In this document: positions 47,042 to 59,787 of the stretch, piece after piece
How the letters are laid out: every line of letters starts with the position of its first letter
Numbering within the stretch: the first letter of the stretch is position 1
Origin: Azolla caroliniana
Taxonomy: Eukaryota; Plantae; Polypodiophyta
NCBI GenBank assembly: GCA_043228905.1
Contig: JBHGNT010000010.1
Location: forward strand, 7,688,001-7,752,000
Direction of reading: 5' to 3'
DNA: 64,000 nucleotides
Notes under the pieces: model-generated
What the model was told of the DNA's origin: nothing
What the model saw: only the letters and a program-made list of their open reading frames with translations
The model's database searches: none
Made by a program: the position numbers and the translations under genes

Positions 47042-50000
47042 GGTGTGTAGATATGTATATGTGTGTGTATTCGCTTGAACTTTTGTTCAGTCGACTACTG
47101 TTTGATTGAATCCTATTTCGGCTTTTCGGTCGATTTTGGCCAACTGACTCTTGTTTCGGCTTTTTTGACCGATTTCAGCAATCAACTCCCATTTTGGCTT
47201 TTCGGTCGATTTCGGCCAACTGACTCTCATTTCGTGTTTTCGACCGACTCCCCCCACAAGGAGGGACAACCTTACATGACACAATTGACTTACCACAAAG
47301 CCAAGTCATTTCTTTAAAAATTGTATTGTCATCATTATACTTTTTCATATGTAAATTCTCATACATGAGAGCTTGAATGAGTGACATGGTTATCATGCAT
47401 CACATGTAATGCATGAGCGCCAAATGGCAAACATGCATCGCATGCCTTTCATACATTACATGCATCATATGCATGGGGGCATCTATAGAAGAGTGGAGGA
47501 AAAAGAAAGGGGTATCAATCAATCAATTAATCAAGGAAGCTATGTACTAAATCAAGGAAATAATAATAAAATCTTGTTATCTTATTGGTGATGTATCTTG
47601 TCTCTAAAGTCAAGGGTTCTATCTCTATCTCAATCTCTCTCTCTCTCAATCTATCTCATAATTGGAATCTCCGTCTGTCAATCTCTCTGTATCTATCTTA
47701 AATACTTTCTCACTAAAGCTAGTACAACGTTTGAATCCTTCCGGTCCAGGATCCCAGTGGTCCCGCTTCATTTCACGAACACGCGAGGATTTCCTCGACA
47801 TCTTTCTTGGTGAACCCAACGTGAGGAAGCCGTAAGAAGGATCAAGACGAGGATCGACCAATACTTGGAGATGGCATCCTCAAGCAATCAAGCGGGAGAG
47901 TTCGAGAGGATGATGGTAATCGTCGAGCAAATGATGAGATCTCGAGAGAACGATGCAAGCGTGGAGAAGGCTGTCGATCGTGTCGTGGAGATCGAGGGTC
48001 AATTTGATGGAAGGAACATTATGAAGTTCCTTGATGCATACAAAAGGGAGATGAGTCGGAGTGACATGTCTAAAGCACGTCAAATCTCAAGTTTCAAGAG
48101 GGTTGCCGCCAACAATATCCAAAAACGGGTCATCGAGCTTCAAGAATGGACGACAACATGGTCTGAGTTCGCGACGGAAGATTTGTCGAGGATAACTCAA
48201 CATGTCTTGATGAAGTGGATAGAGAAGAAAAATAAGAAGATGAGCGCCTCGAGGGTATACGACGAGTTTGATCAGATGTTTGGTCATCTCCCCGCCACGG
48301 ACCAAGTGCTACTTGAGGAGGACAAGACTTTGTACTTCCTGAAAGCTGTGGGTATGAAGTATAGATGAGAACTGGGGACTCTCCTCCAAGATGACACCCA
48401 AAAGAACGGGCTTATAGCATACTGGACTGTGGTGAAGCGATCATGCAGCAGGCTCGACAAGCGTCATCAATGGGTTGATGGCACTGACTTGGCAGGATTG
48501 AGCGGGGAGAAAACGAGATAACCAAAAGTGGTTGAGCTGCCCAAAAAAAGCAACCCGGATGAAAAGAAGAATGATGATGACAATATCGAAGAACTCGCAA
48601 AGATATTCGAGATGGTCACGCTAGTGAACATGAATTGTCGGGGCACTGACTTGGCAGGATTGAGCGGGGAGAAAACGAGATAACCAAAAGTGGTTGAGCT
48701 GCCCAAAAAAAGCAACCCGGATGAAAAGAAGAATGATGATGACAATATCGAAGAACTCGCAAAGATATTCGAGATGGTCACGCTAGTGAACATGAATTGT
48801 CGGGGCCCAAAAGGAAAAGAACCCTTTAGATGTGTGTGGTGCGACAACATGAACCACATGAGAAGGGAGTGTGCGAGCCTTCGAGAGGCCATCCGACAAA
48901 ATATTGTATACATGGATGACAACATGATCTGCTTGAGTGAAACTCGAAGACCCCTACGGGTGAATTTCGGAAGAGGGGGAATGAAGAAAGATATGGAAGA
49001 TGTTGAGGCGATTCATGTGGATGCGATGCACTATGCTGCATCGGTCGAAATAAGAGTCAGTAAAGACAAAAATGAAGTTGTTAGAACAAGATGTGCACCC
49101 TACCTCAAGGCGCAGCCAACTTCGTAGCACACATGGTAAATGCCATGAACAAAGAATACTAAGAGACTACATCCCATATATTATGATGCCTTTCCTCAAT
49201 TATATCCCTATAAAAGGGTGCCCTAAATTAGAAAAGGACGAGTCTTTAGATCAAGATGGATGTCGAAAATTTGTTTCAAACCATATTGAAGGCTGCGAGA
49301 GAGTACTACAAAGACTAGAAGGAGCTGGGTTCACATTCTCCGGATAAAAGTCGGCATTCGGCCAACGTGAGGTCCTAGTAGTGGGACATCTTTGCAGATC
49401 ATACGGACGGCAACCCTTTCCTGAGAAGGTGAATGCTATTCAAGAGATGCGAGAAGAATGTATATCCCAGATATAGGTGCGAAGATTCTTGGGAGTGTGT
49501 GCCTTTTACCATATCTGGATTCTACACTACGCTCATGTCGTTGAGCCATTATATGGATTGCTAACGAAAAGAAAGAAGTTTGAATGGCGAGAGGAGGATA
49601 CAAACGTGATGCGAAGATTGAAGAAACTACTTCTTGTAGCTCCAACGCTAAGAAAGGACGACTATGCTGAAGGAAATCCAAATTATGTGACTGTGGATAC
49701 TAGCCCAACCAAAATCAGGTGGGTCATCAACCAAGAAAGAGAAGATAGTGCACGGTATGCCATCCGGTTCAGACCAAAGGTCCTTAGTGAAGGACAACAA
49801 GGATACGCCAAGTCAAGCGGGAACTTTGGGGTATTGTGTCTGTGATGAAGATAGACAAAGACTACCTGATCGGGTCTGAAGTGATAATTGAGACAAATTT
49901 TCTACCAATCCTCGGGATGATCTCAAGATATGTGACACCAGATCTGGCTATGATAAGGTGGATCACCTATATCAAGTCTTTGAACCCATCAATCTGCCAC

Positions 50001-52135
50001 ATTGTAGGAAAGAACAATGTCATGCGGACATGCTGTCAAAAGCAACATTCGAGAATGAAAGTGACGTGGTTTTGGAACATGAAGACATCACCCTCGACTT
50101 CTTCAAGACGGCCCGACTATCGGCGAAAGACAAGGATACGCCAAACCTCCATACCTTCAACGAGAATGAGTACGAGGGAGAGTAGTTACTGATCGGCAGG
50201 TTCTTGAGAACAATGATGGCGGATGCTTCGTGGACGAAGGAGGAGGCTCTACGAATCTGGAAGAAAGCTTCCCAATACTTTCTGAAGGGAGGATTCCTCT
50301 AGCGGCACCCAAAGAGAAGAACAGGAATGCCACGTCGAGTAGTGGTGAAGCGAGAGGACAAAGCAAAGCTGATGTCTGAATTCCACGAGAGTCCTTCGGC
50401 AAGTCATAGAGGAACATGGGCGACGTTTGAAAATCTGAAGGAGAAGTATTGGTCGTCGAGCATGTATAAAGATGTACTTCGTTTCGTGTCCATATGTGAA
50501 AACTACCAAGTACATTTGAACAACGTCATCGTGATGAGTTACAAACGACATACCCACTCACCATACACTTCAAATGGATGGTGGATCTGGTCTCGATGCC
50601 AATGGGAGTGGGATAGAGGAAGTACTTGGTACTGGCAAGAGAAGACCTGACAAATCAGGTAGAAGGACGAGCCTTGGCAAATAAGAAAACGCTTGCCAAT
50701 ATGGATGTGTAGGAAAGGTAGTGGTTGACCAAGGGGAGTTGGACGCACGCAAAGCAATGGAGCTCATGGAGCGACTAGACGTGAAGCTCTCTCTCACGAC
50801 TTCTAATAATCCGGAAGCAAATGGGAAGATCAAGCGAGGGCATGGACCAATAGTCATAGCCATCAAACAAGCATGTGATGGTCGAGTTGAGAACTGGCCA
50901 CGACTATTGCCCTATGCCTTGTGGGCCAACAGAACTATGCACAATTCTGTGATAGGGTATATGCCAGCAAAGCTTATGTATGGGCAGAAACCGGTAATGC
51001 ACATCGAAAAGACGATTGCCTCTTGGGTAGCGATACCATGGGAGAGCGAGATGACCTGAGAAGAATTACTAGTGGCACGAATAAGGCAGCTCGAAAGAAG
51101 AACTGAAGATCTAGAAAATGCACGAAAGATAATGGAGGCAGCCCGAGTGAAGAACAAGATTCGGTTCAACAAGACACATCAACTACATCCCAAGAAAATC
51201 GAAGAAGGAGATTGAGTATTGGTCTACGGCAACAGCCTTAACAATCAACACAGGACAACAAGAAAGTTTGCAAGAAGGTGGTTCGAACCGTATGTGGTGA
51301 CGAGTACGAACGACAGTGCCACCTACCACCTTGTGGAGCTAGACGGATCAAGGTTGCCCATACCCATTGCGGGGAAAAGAGTGAAGATCTTCAAGAAACG
51401 ACAAGATGAGGGTCCTAACCTCGACGACCTCAACAATGATGATGATAGGGCGGAACCCGCGAACGTGAGCGAGGTCAACGAGGACATGGAGGAATCGTAC
51501 TAATCACTGCAGCCGAAATCTCACACTCTCTCTTCTTGGCACATACCGGAGGACGTGCGGTTTGGTGGGGGTGGATGTCGTGAAGATTTTCGACAAGAAT
51601 CTGAAAATCACGTGGAAAGGAGAAAACCGAGAAGGGTTCACTTTTATGATTTTCTCACTGTTTTCTTCTCAGTGAGTTATCCCACATATATATGCAGCTA
51701 ATATGACTCTCTATATATAAAGACTCACTTATCTCACATATATATATGACGATGTGTGTATTTGTTTAAAATTTTGTTTGGCCGACTACTGTTTGATTGA
51801 ATTCTATTTCAGCTTTTCGGTCGATTTCAACCAACCAACTCTTGTTTCAGCTTTTTTGACCGATTTCAACAGTCGACTCCCATTTCGGCTTTTTGATCAA
51901 TTTCGGCCAACCGACTCTCATTTCGGCTTTCTGACTGACTCCCCCCCACAAGGAGGGACAACCTTACATGACACAATTGACTTACCACAAAACCAAGTCA
52001 TTTCTTTAAAAGTTGTATTTTCATCATTATACTTTTTCAAATGTAAATTCTCGTACATGAGAGCTTGAATGAGTGACATGGTTATCATGCATCACATGTA
52101 ATGCATGAGCGCCGAATGACAAACATGCATCGCAT
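47042..52135 (+). mobile_element. Gypsy element C (family G1), internally deleted, both LTRs truncated
   Basis: 5' LTR ends CGACA at 47800; tRNA-Trp-like PBS at 47808; gag from 47871 homologous to B; jumps from gag to mid-RT near 49090; RH-IN to 51503; 3' LTR from 51576. Outer ends approximate. Confidence 0.88.
48481..48804 (+). repeat. 162-bp tandem duplication within gag of element C
   Basis: 48481-48642 is repeated at 48643-48804. Confidence 0.92.
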
Positions 52136-52139
52136 GGAC

Positions 52140-54170
52140 GAAGATTGGCTAAACACATATTTAGGGGCCTATATTCCTATTATAGTAAATAGGAATATTA
52201 TAGATTGTTAGTGTCATGCTCAGTTAATGAGCATTCAAGTACTTGTCAATACTTGTGTTAGCCCACTCATCAGGGCTTGTATATAAAAAGTGCCCATTGA
52301 GCACGTTGTATGTACGGAGTGTTGATTATTGTTGAAGATATATGCATAGGACTTAAGAAATTGGCCTCTCGAAAGGCAAGTGATCTTCAATGGATAAAGA
52401 CTAAAATGCTCAAATGGACGGGAAAGGAAGCGCATGTATGGATAATCAATATGTTTAATGATGTATTGCAACATGTTATGCCGTACGATTGGACTACAAA
52501 TTGGATCAAACCTTTACATAAAGGTGGAGATGTAAATAATGTAAACAACTATCGAGCCATCATGGTTGGCTCATTAATGACAAAACTATTTGGATGTATA
52601 ATGGAATCAAAGATAAATGTATGGGCTGAAAAAAAGGTAAGAGAGCTTATGGACAGCTTTCGAAAACACCATAGCACCATTGATCACCTTGTCACCCTTC
52701 GAGTATTAATGGAGGAAAGTCACCTTAGAGGTAAAGATTTACAATGTTGATTTGTAGACTTCAAGAAAGCTTTTGATATGGTACCTCATGAGCATCTTTG
52801 GAGGCGAAGGGAAGAACTTGAAGTGCCAAGTGAATATATGCTTGCAATTTCCCGAATTTATGAGAAGGTTATATGTTGTGTGCGTATGAGAGATCAACTT
52901 TCAGATTCTTTCAAAAGCACTATTGGTGTTAAGCAAGGATGCTCACTCTCACCAACACTATTTGGTCTATGCATTGATGAATTGCAAGAAATGGTTACCA
53001 AGTTTGCAAAGGAAGAATATGTTGAAGAAGTTGCCATTGGGAATGTCGTGATTATGCTTTTGCTATATGCAGATGACGTAATGCTTTTTGCAAATACTTT
53101 AGGCGATGCACAAAAGCGTATGAAGGCATTGGAAAAAAATTGCATGCATACTAAATTAAGTGTCAATAGCTCTAAAACAAAGATTATGCTTGTGAAGAGA
53201 CAAAAAAGAGATAAACCATGCATTATGTACAACAATGAGCCACTTGAATGTGTGGAAAGATTCAAATATCTTGGCCTTGAAGTTCCTTCAAATCATAGAT
53301 GTAATGAATCTGCTACACGCCGCTTAGAGGCAGGTAAGCGAGCATACTATGGATTTGAGAACACATGCAATCTTGGAGATATTAAGTGTTGAATCCTCAA
53401 GAAATATCTTTTCGACACTTTGGTGACACCGGTTCTTCTCTATGGGGTGGAAGTATGGGGCGGTAGCATCCCTAAATCTACGTGGAAAGAGTTTGAAAAT
53501 ATCCAAAAACATTTTCTTACAAAGTTTCTACAAGTTAAGAAACAAACGCCCTACACCCTCCTCCTTGAGACGGGATTGCTTCCCATTGAGATCATGGCCA
53601 TGGAAAGGGTTGTTGAATACATTCTTAATGCCAATGTATCATGACATGGGACAAATGTGGAGGCTCACGCTTCACACATTATACAACACATGTTGCACCT
53701 AACTACAAAACCATATTCTTTGTGGCACAGGGAAACTGTACACATCGATACATGTTAGAGCGCATATTGTTATCTTCCATTTGAACCATTGCTTCCATGC
53801 AACTTAGCTCACATGCATTGTGATGTGAGACAGTGTGTTGGGGCACAAGTGATTAGAGTGGTCAGCTATGCACACTTTGCCCTAAACAAGTTCGCGAGTC
53901 TGAGTATCACACTTTGATACAATGCTCTGCATTTGATTATATTTGACCATGCTTTCCACATCTCTTTGAATGAGCTCAATCCTTGCATGAATTCCTCTCA
54001 CAATCACAATGTGCACTCTCGATTGCAACATTGATTGGTAAAGTTATTGAACATCGAGAGTCACTACTCACTTTCACCCGTATCACGTGAAATGTAATAT
54101 TTTTGGTCTCATAGGTCATATTTCATCTCTGAAGACGATAATATAATCTATCTATCTATCTCTCTCTCTC
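52140..54170 (+). mobile_element. 5'-truncated non-LTR retrotransposon (LINE; RTEX/L2-like) with RT, C-terminal zinc finger and (CTAT)n/(CT)n tail
   Basis: NYRAIM, FRKHHSTIDH, FVDFKKAFD, GVKQGCSLSPTLF, YADD, FKYLG, then LCTLC..ESEYHTLIQC near 53870-53930. Clade is tentative. Confidence 0.85.
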
Positions 54171-54280
54171 TCCCACTCACTGTGTATCCATTCTCTGCAT
54201 TTACATAACTGTCGAATTCCGAACAATTGAATGTGTACCCCGGTGTCTATCTCACACACTTTTGCACATGTAACTTTACA

Positions 54281-54903
54281 TAAGTCTTTGTTTTGGGTCG
54301 ACTTCAATGAAGTCTCATGCTTTGCTCGACTCCGGAGCATCTACTTGTTTTATCGATATATCGTTTGTCTGTGCACATAATATCCCCACCGTCTGCACAT
54401 CACAACCCATATCCGTTTAAGTGATCAATGGCCAGGTTCTCTCTTCGGGGGTGGTTACAGAAGTCACTATTCCGTTGGTACTACACGCCGGGCCCCACCG
54501 TGAGGTACTAATGTTCTACCTCATTGCAACCCCCCGACATATGATTGTTTTGGGGCTATCTTGGTTGGAGACACACAATCTGACTGTGGATTGGGGCAAC
54601 CGCTCCATCACTTTTCTAGTGTGGCCGATTCTGGTTGGGTCACTACACTTTCTTGATTCCGTTGCGGTCAATTCCAGCTTGGTTGCTACACTGGCCATTT
54701 GTCACGGGACATCTCCATTCCTATCAACAATTTTCCCACACGATATAGAGACTTTTTGGATATATTCGAGAAGCGAAATGTAGATTGGTTACCAGCACAT
54801 TGCCCCTACGATTGCCCAATCAAACTCCAAGGTAGCGAGCATCCACCATTCGGCCCTATCAATGGGCTAGCTGAACCCGAACTTGAGGATTTGCGCACAT
54901 ATC
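54281..54903 (+). pseudogene. pol: Protease and pre-RT region of element T
   Basis: LLDSGASTCFID, IVLGLSWLETHN, LPAHCPYDCPIKL, PPFGPI..L..PEL..LRTYL. Confidence 0.85.
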
Positions 54904-55350
54904 TGTTGGGAATTCAGTCCCTCCGAATGGGATCCGGACGAGCCTAAGGAAGGAACCAAACTGGACGGATCCGGAAGGTATCCAGATGGATCAAGTATGA
55001 ATCAGATCTAGGGACATATCTGTAAATATGTTTCTAGTGTGCCTGTCATGGCCATATTTCTAAATAGACCTAAAATCATATAAGTATAATTATGACTTAG
55101 GCCAATCACTTTGCATATCTTGTAGTGTGTAGAGATATTGTGGTATAGACACATAGAGATCTTGAGAGGGAGAGGGAGAGAGCAAGATACAGAAAGTTTG
55201 TCTGTTGTAACTACCGGTCGACGAAGACATAGGGCTTGAGGTCATTGCCTGTGAGGCTCACATTGTATCCTCTTCTCATAGTGATAGTTGGAGTCTGTGG
55301 GCTCCTGTGGTTTTTCCCTATTAGGGTTTTCCACGTTAACATCTTCTGTC
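54904..55350 (+). repeat. 3'-truncated Copia LTR related to the C1-C3 LTRs
   Basis: TGTTGGGA..GTCCCTCCG.ATGGGA start, TATA hairpin block, GTGGTTTTTCCC..AGGGTTTTCCACGTTAA block. Confidence 0.8.
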
Positions 55351-55414
55351 TAGGTGAAAGCATGTGAGTGGAAACAATTAGCTATGTCTTTGACATAGAG
55401 CCTAATTAGCTATG

Positions 55415-55500
55415 CAAAAAACTATCATTGATAAATAGTCATTTTTGCAAAAACCTACCATTGATAAATAGTCATTTTTGCAAAAAGCTACCATTGAAAA
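55415..55500 (+). repeat. About 2.5 copies of a 32-bp unit (AAAA.CTA.CATTGATAAATAGTCATTTTTGC)
   Basis: Direct inspection; may be a subterminal repeat of the downstream DNA transposon. Confidence 0.75.
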
Positions 55501-55679
55501 TAATAGAGAGTTTTAATTATATAAATGAGCACCATAAATGTGCAACATAAATTTATATGTGCACCATAAATTATATGCCGAATTCCTAGGTCCATTATGC
55601 ATGATGATTTGCCACATCACGTGGGCCATCTCTAGTTGAGTATTCTAGCTTAGATTACTACCATTGTTGCTAAACCCTA

Positions 55680-56185
55680 TTGAGTCCACTCCTCCATTGC
55701 CGCCATTATACACTCAGTTACCACCATTGTGCGGTCCAAGTATCATCTGCCACTATTCGATCCGACGGAGTTCACTCCTCCATTGCCGCCATTCTACACT
55801 CAGTTGCCGCCACTGTTCAGTCCAAGCATCATCTACCAAGCTCACTCCTCCATTTCCGCCACTCTACACTCAGTTGTCGCTACTATGAAGGTCATATATT
55901 GGTGCCACTTTTCGATCCGACGGAGTTAACTCCTTCTCCATTGTCGCCATTCTACTCTCAGTTGTCATCACTATGCATTCCAAGCATCATCTGCCATTGT
56001 TCGATCCGACAGAATTCACTCTTCCATTGCCTTCATTCTACACTCAGTTGCAGCTATTGTTCGGTCCTGGATTGCCAAAATTGTTCGATCAAACAAAGTT
56101 CACTCCTCCACTCCCACCATTCTACACTCAGTTGCCGCCACTATTCGGCCTTGGATTACCGCCATTGTTCTGTCCTGGATTGCAA
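55680..56185 (+). repeat. Degenerate tandem array of roughly 85-bp units upstream of the transposase
   Basis: About 6 copies of CACTCCTCCATTGCCGCCATTCTACACTCAGTTGCCGCCA, several with TTCGATCCGACGGAG. Confidence 0.85.
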
Positions 56186-57144
56186 TAACTATTCTGTCTA
56201 TTGATTATCTTGTGTATTCTTGTGTATAATGTTGTGTATTGTGGAATATTTTTGTGTATTGTTGTTGCCCATAGCCATCTTAAATACGTGTCTTTTTTTC
56301 GAGAAAATTAGGTTTTAAATATGTCATGTCAAATGGAAGGGGAAGGAGGGTGTTTAGAATTACCCCTCAATGATCATCAGGATAGGGACGATGCTATCAG
56401 GACACAACAAGCGATACGAAAGTATTGGGCAGAAAAAAGAAAAAAAAACATCGTCAATTGTTGAAGGATATGAAAGCCACACTCAGTAAAGGTAAAGATA
56501 GTATTGGTTGCGATATAGGTCTAAATATCACTGAGAATGGAAGTAATGAGACTACTATCATAGAGAGAAAGGTTGTCGACTATTTCAATGTTCAAACTAA
56601 GCACATCAGCAATGAAGACCAGAAGGTAATACTTTATGGAATATTAAATGATCCATCGATAAAGGAGTTAGTTGATTGTGATGGTCTTAATGCAAACATA
56701 ACATCTCCACTAGTAAATAATCTTCGTAATAGTTTCATATCCATGAGAAGGTCAGAAGATAATCTTGTCTTAAAAAGGTCTAGTCTAATGATGTTACTTA
56801 ATTATAGTGATGTTGACAATCTTAATATCAATGTGCTATCTAAGGTAATTGGTGTTAGTAGAAAAAGTGTGTACAATACAATGAACCAGATAATTTCAAG
56901 TGGTGAAGGAACTAGTCTGCTAAAGCTAACAACAAGATGTAAGCCAATGACACCCATAACATCAGAAATCAAGGATATAATCACAATATTTTGGACTAAT
57001 GAGAGTAGGGTTTCACCCAATAAGAAGGATTTATGCAGGAAACAGGTTGGAAGGAGTCAATACGAGGAGCATCCCATTCATCTTCTTGATGTACCTCAAG
57101 TATTTACATTTATCTCAATATTTGTTTTGACTTTTGAGCTTAGT

Positions 57145-59005
57145 TAGTTAGTTTATTAGCTACCTCCGAATATGACCATACTAGAATAGCTAATAAGCTA
57201 CCTCAGAATATGACCATAGCTAACTACCTACCAGTAATAGCCAATTAGCTAAAAGAATAGCTAATTAGCTACCTCAAAATATGACCATAGCTAACTAGCT
57301 ACCAGTAATAGCTAATTAGCTACATCAGAATATGACCATATCTAACTACCTACTAGTAATAGCTTAACAACGATTGCCAATAGCTAATTTAGCTATTACC
57401 AGCTAATTTGCTACTAGAATAGGTAATTAGCTACCTAAGAATATCAAACATATCTATTTAGCTACCAGACTAGGTAATTAGTTGCCAATCATAGCTATTT
57501 AGCTACCACAATAGCTAATTAGTTGTCTATGACAATAACTAATTAGCTACCAGACTAGCTAATTAGCTGCTTATGAGTATAGCTAATTAGTTGCTTATGA
57601 CTATAGCTAATTAGCTACCAAAATAGCTAATCCCCTACTAGAATAGTTGTCACGGACACACCAACACTAGACTACGACAAAGGACAGATGACAAGGCTAT
57701 GACCGATAAGGTTACGAACGTGGAACTCAACATGATGAGGCTAGAAACTGGGGAAGTTGGGAGCGATGAGATGAGGAACTTAAGATGCTACGAACGAATA
57801 CAAGAGCATAAAGTCAAATATGTAAATCAAGGAGAGAAGATGGGGCTAAACAAGAATACTAGATTGATGTGTCAATGACTGGTGTTGAATCCCTTGAAAG
57901 GGACCAAGGAGGTTACAAGTATTCATACTGTGAGTCGAAGTACATGCATTAGAATATTCGGGAGAATATTCTAGAACCCTCTAGAACCTTCTAGTTCTAG
58001 AACTTTCTAAAAACTCCTAGAACTTGAAATAGATAATCGACAAATAATCTATTAAGATATACATAACATGACCATATATTTGGACGTATTGGTTAGAACA
58101 CAACACTTGACTATATATAAGAGGTAAAGAGTTCAAATCTTGACATGATTGTTGCCATGTCTATGACAATAGCTAATTAGCTACCTAAGAATATGAGCAT
58201 AACTATTTAGCTACCAATCATAGCAAATTAGCTAGCACTCACAGTTAATTAGCTACTAGAATAGCTAATTAGTTGCCTCTGACTATAGCTATTTAGCTAC
58301 CTAAGAATATGATCATAGCTATTTAGCTACCAGAATAACTAATTAGTTGTGTATGACTATAACTAATTAGCTACCAGAATAGCTTACTAGCTAATTAGCT
58401 GCATATGGCTATAGCTAATTAGCTGCCAAGATAGCTAACTAGCTATTCACAATAGCTAATTTAGCTATTACCAACTAATTAGCTGCTAGAATAGCTAATT
58501 AGCTACCAATCAGAGCTATTGAGCTACTAGAATAGTTAATTAGCTGCCTATGATTATAGGTAATTAGCTACTAGAATAGCTAACTAACTATTCCCAATAG
58601 CTAAATAGTATTACCAACTAATTTAGCTATTACCAGCTATTTAGCTGTTAGGATAGCTAATTAGCAACCAGAATAGCTAATTAGCTATCAATCATACCTA
58701 TTTAGCAACGAGAATAGCTAATTAGTTGCCTATGTCTATAGCTAATTAGCTACCAAATTAGCTAACTAGCTATTCCCAATAGCTAATTTAGTTATTACCA
58801 GCTAATTAGCTACTAGGATAGCTAATTAGCTAATTAGCTACAAGAATAGCTAATTCGTTGCCTATGACTATTAGCTACCACTTAGCTAACTAGCTATTCC
58901 CAATAGCTAATTTAGCTATTACCAGCTAATTAGCTACCTAATTAGCTACGAGAATAGCTTATTAGCTGCTATAACAGGTTTGGAGCATAGCTAATCAGCT
59001 AATCA
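57145..59005. repeat. TAGCTAATTAGCTA-based degenerate palindromic satellite inside the transposase intron
   Basis: Dozens of (A)ATAGCTAATTAGCTA(CC) units at 57145-57645 and 58169-59005. Confidence 0.9.
57648..58168 (-). mobile_element. Solo LTR related to the element T LTR, TSD ATAGT/ATAGC
   Basis: On the minus strand it reads TGTCATA...TGTCCGTGACA, the same termini as 37287-37645, and it interrupts the satellite. Confidence 0.8.
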
Positions 59006-59787
59006 GTATGTCCATTTTATTACGTAGGTCGATTTATTTATTAGGTTCAAGCGAATGCATCCAAATATCAAAGTTCAACTACGAACATCTGAGTCTCTTA
59101 AGCCACACTTTGTGAGACGCTTGAAGAATCGATACACATGTTGTTGCATTTACCATGTACAAATGGGTTTTCTCAAGGTCTCTGTTAATCTACTACATCA
59201 CCATAGCGCCTCCCTAACTAATGCAGTTTGCACTTGTGAGTGCCCAATTTGTCGATCGAACCCACAAGAGCACTGTAAATCATCTGAGCATGTTATCTCT
59301 TCCATGAGTGGTCTTTTAGATTCAGTATTATGTCTGAGAGAAACTAAGGTTATCTTCCACAATCATAAATGTGTCATGGGTTTATGTCAAGATTGTGGCG
59401 CTAGTAGATTTAGGTGGTGTCCAAATGAATTTAGTAAAATATTAATCTCTATCAAGTTATTTGAGTCAGTTGACACCAATTTCGAAGGAAAGATGTGTAA
59501 AAGAAAGGATCTAATTAGGAAGTCGCTTAAACCAAGGGATTTGGCGTCTCTATTTGTAGTATCTCTAGGAAAGATCATTAAACACAACTTCATTTATTCA
59601 TGGCAAGCCCATCAGTTTAAGACTTGCATATCCAATTTTCCTAATGATGTAGTACTCTCAAGAGTAGATTTCGGAGAGAATTATGCTTTCAAGCAATAGA
59701 ATGAAATTCAATCTATGCATTGGTGTTCAGTGCAGGTAACCATTTTTGTGCAGATAATATATTTTCGAGTTTCAGGTGATGTTAAAA

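Larger units (their letters stand above)
38820..54280 (+). mobile_element. Ty1/Copia element C4, heavily deleted, TSD TAAGT, hosting three further insertions
   Basis: Starts TGTTGAGAG at 38820 and ends TTTACA at 54280, with TAAGT at 38815-38819 and 54281-54285. Copia PR/RT remnants at 45666-47040. Confidence 0.75.
37287..54903 (+). mobile_element. Tf1/Tcn1-type self-priming Gypsy element T, interrupted at 38820-54280 and truncated at 54903
   Basis: LTR, gag and -1 pol start. The pol frame LQVS|LCFGSTSMKSHALLDSGAS rejoins across the TAAGT TSD. Confidence 0.82.
56321..59787 (+). pseudogene. Intron-containing DDE/D transposase, Sola2-like; cut at 59787 by an LTR insertion
   Basis: Exon 1 ends at 57099; phase-0 GT-AG intron 57100-59027; exon 2 reads VDLFIRFKRMHPNIKV..LKPHFV..TCCCIYH..C-rich..VDFGENYAFKQ*NEIQSMHW..QVTI. 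Superfamily assigned from motif recall. Confidence 0.65.

Noticed and set aside
55664-56204. Repetitive ORFs of 66-174 aa
   Set aside because: Open in several frames simply because of the tandem repeat.
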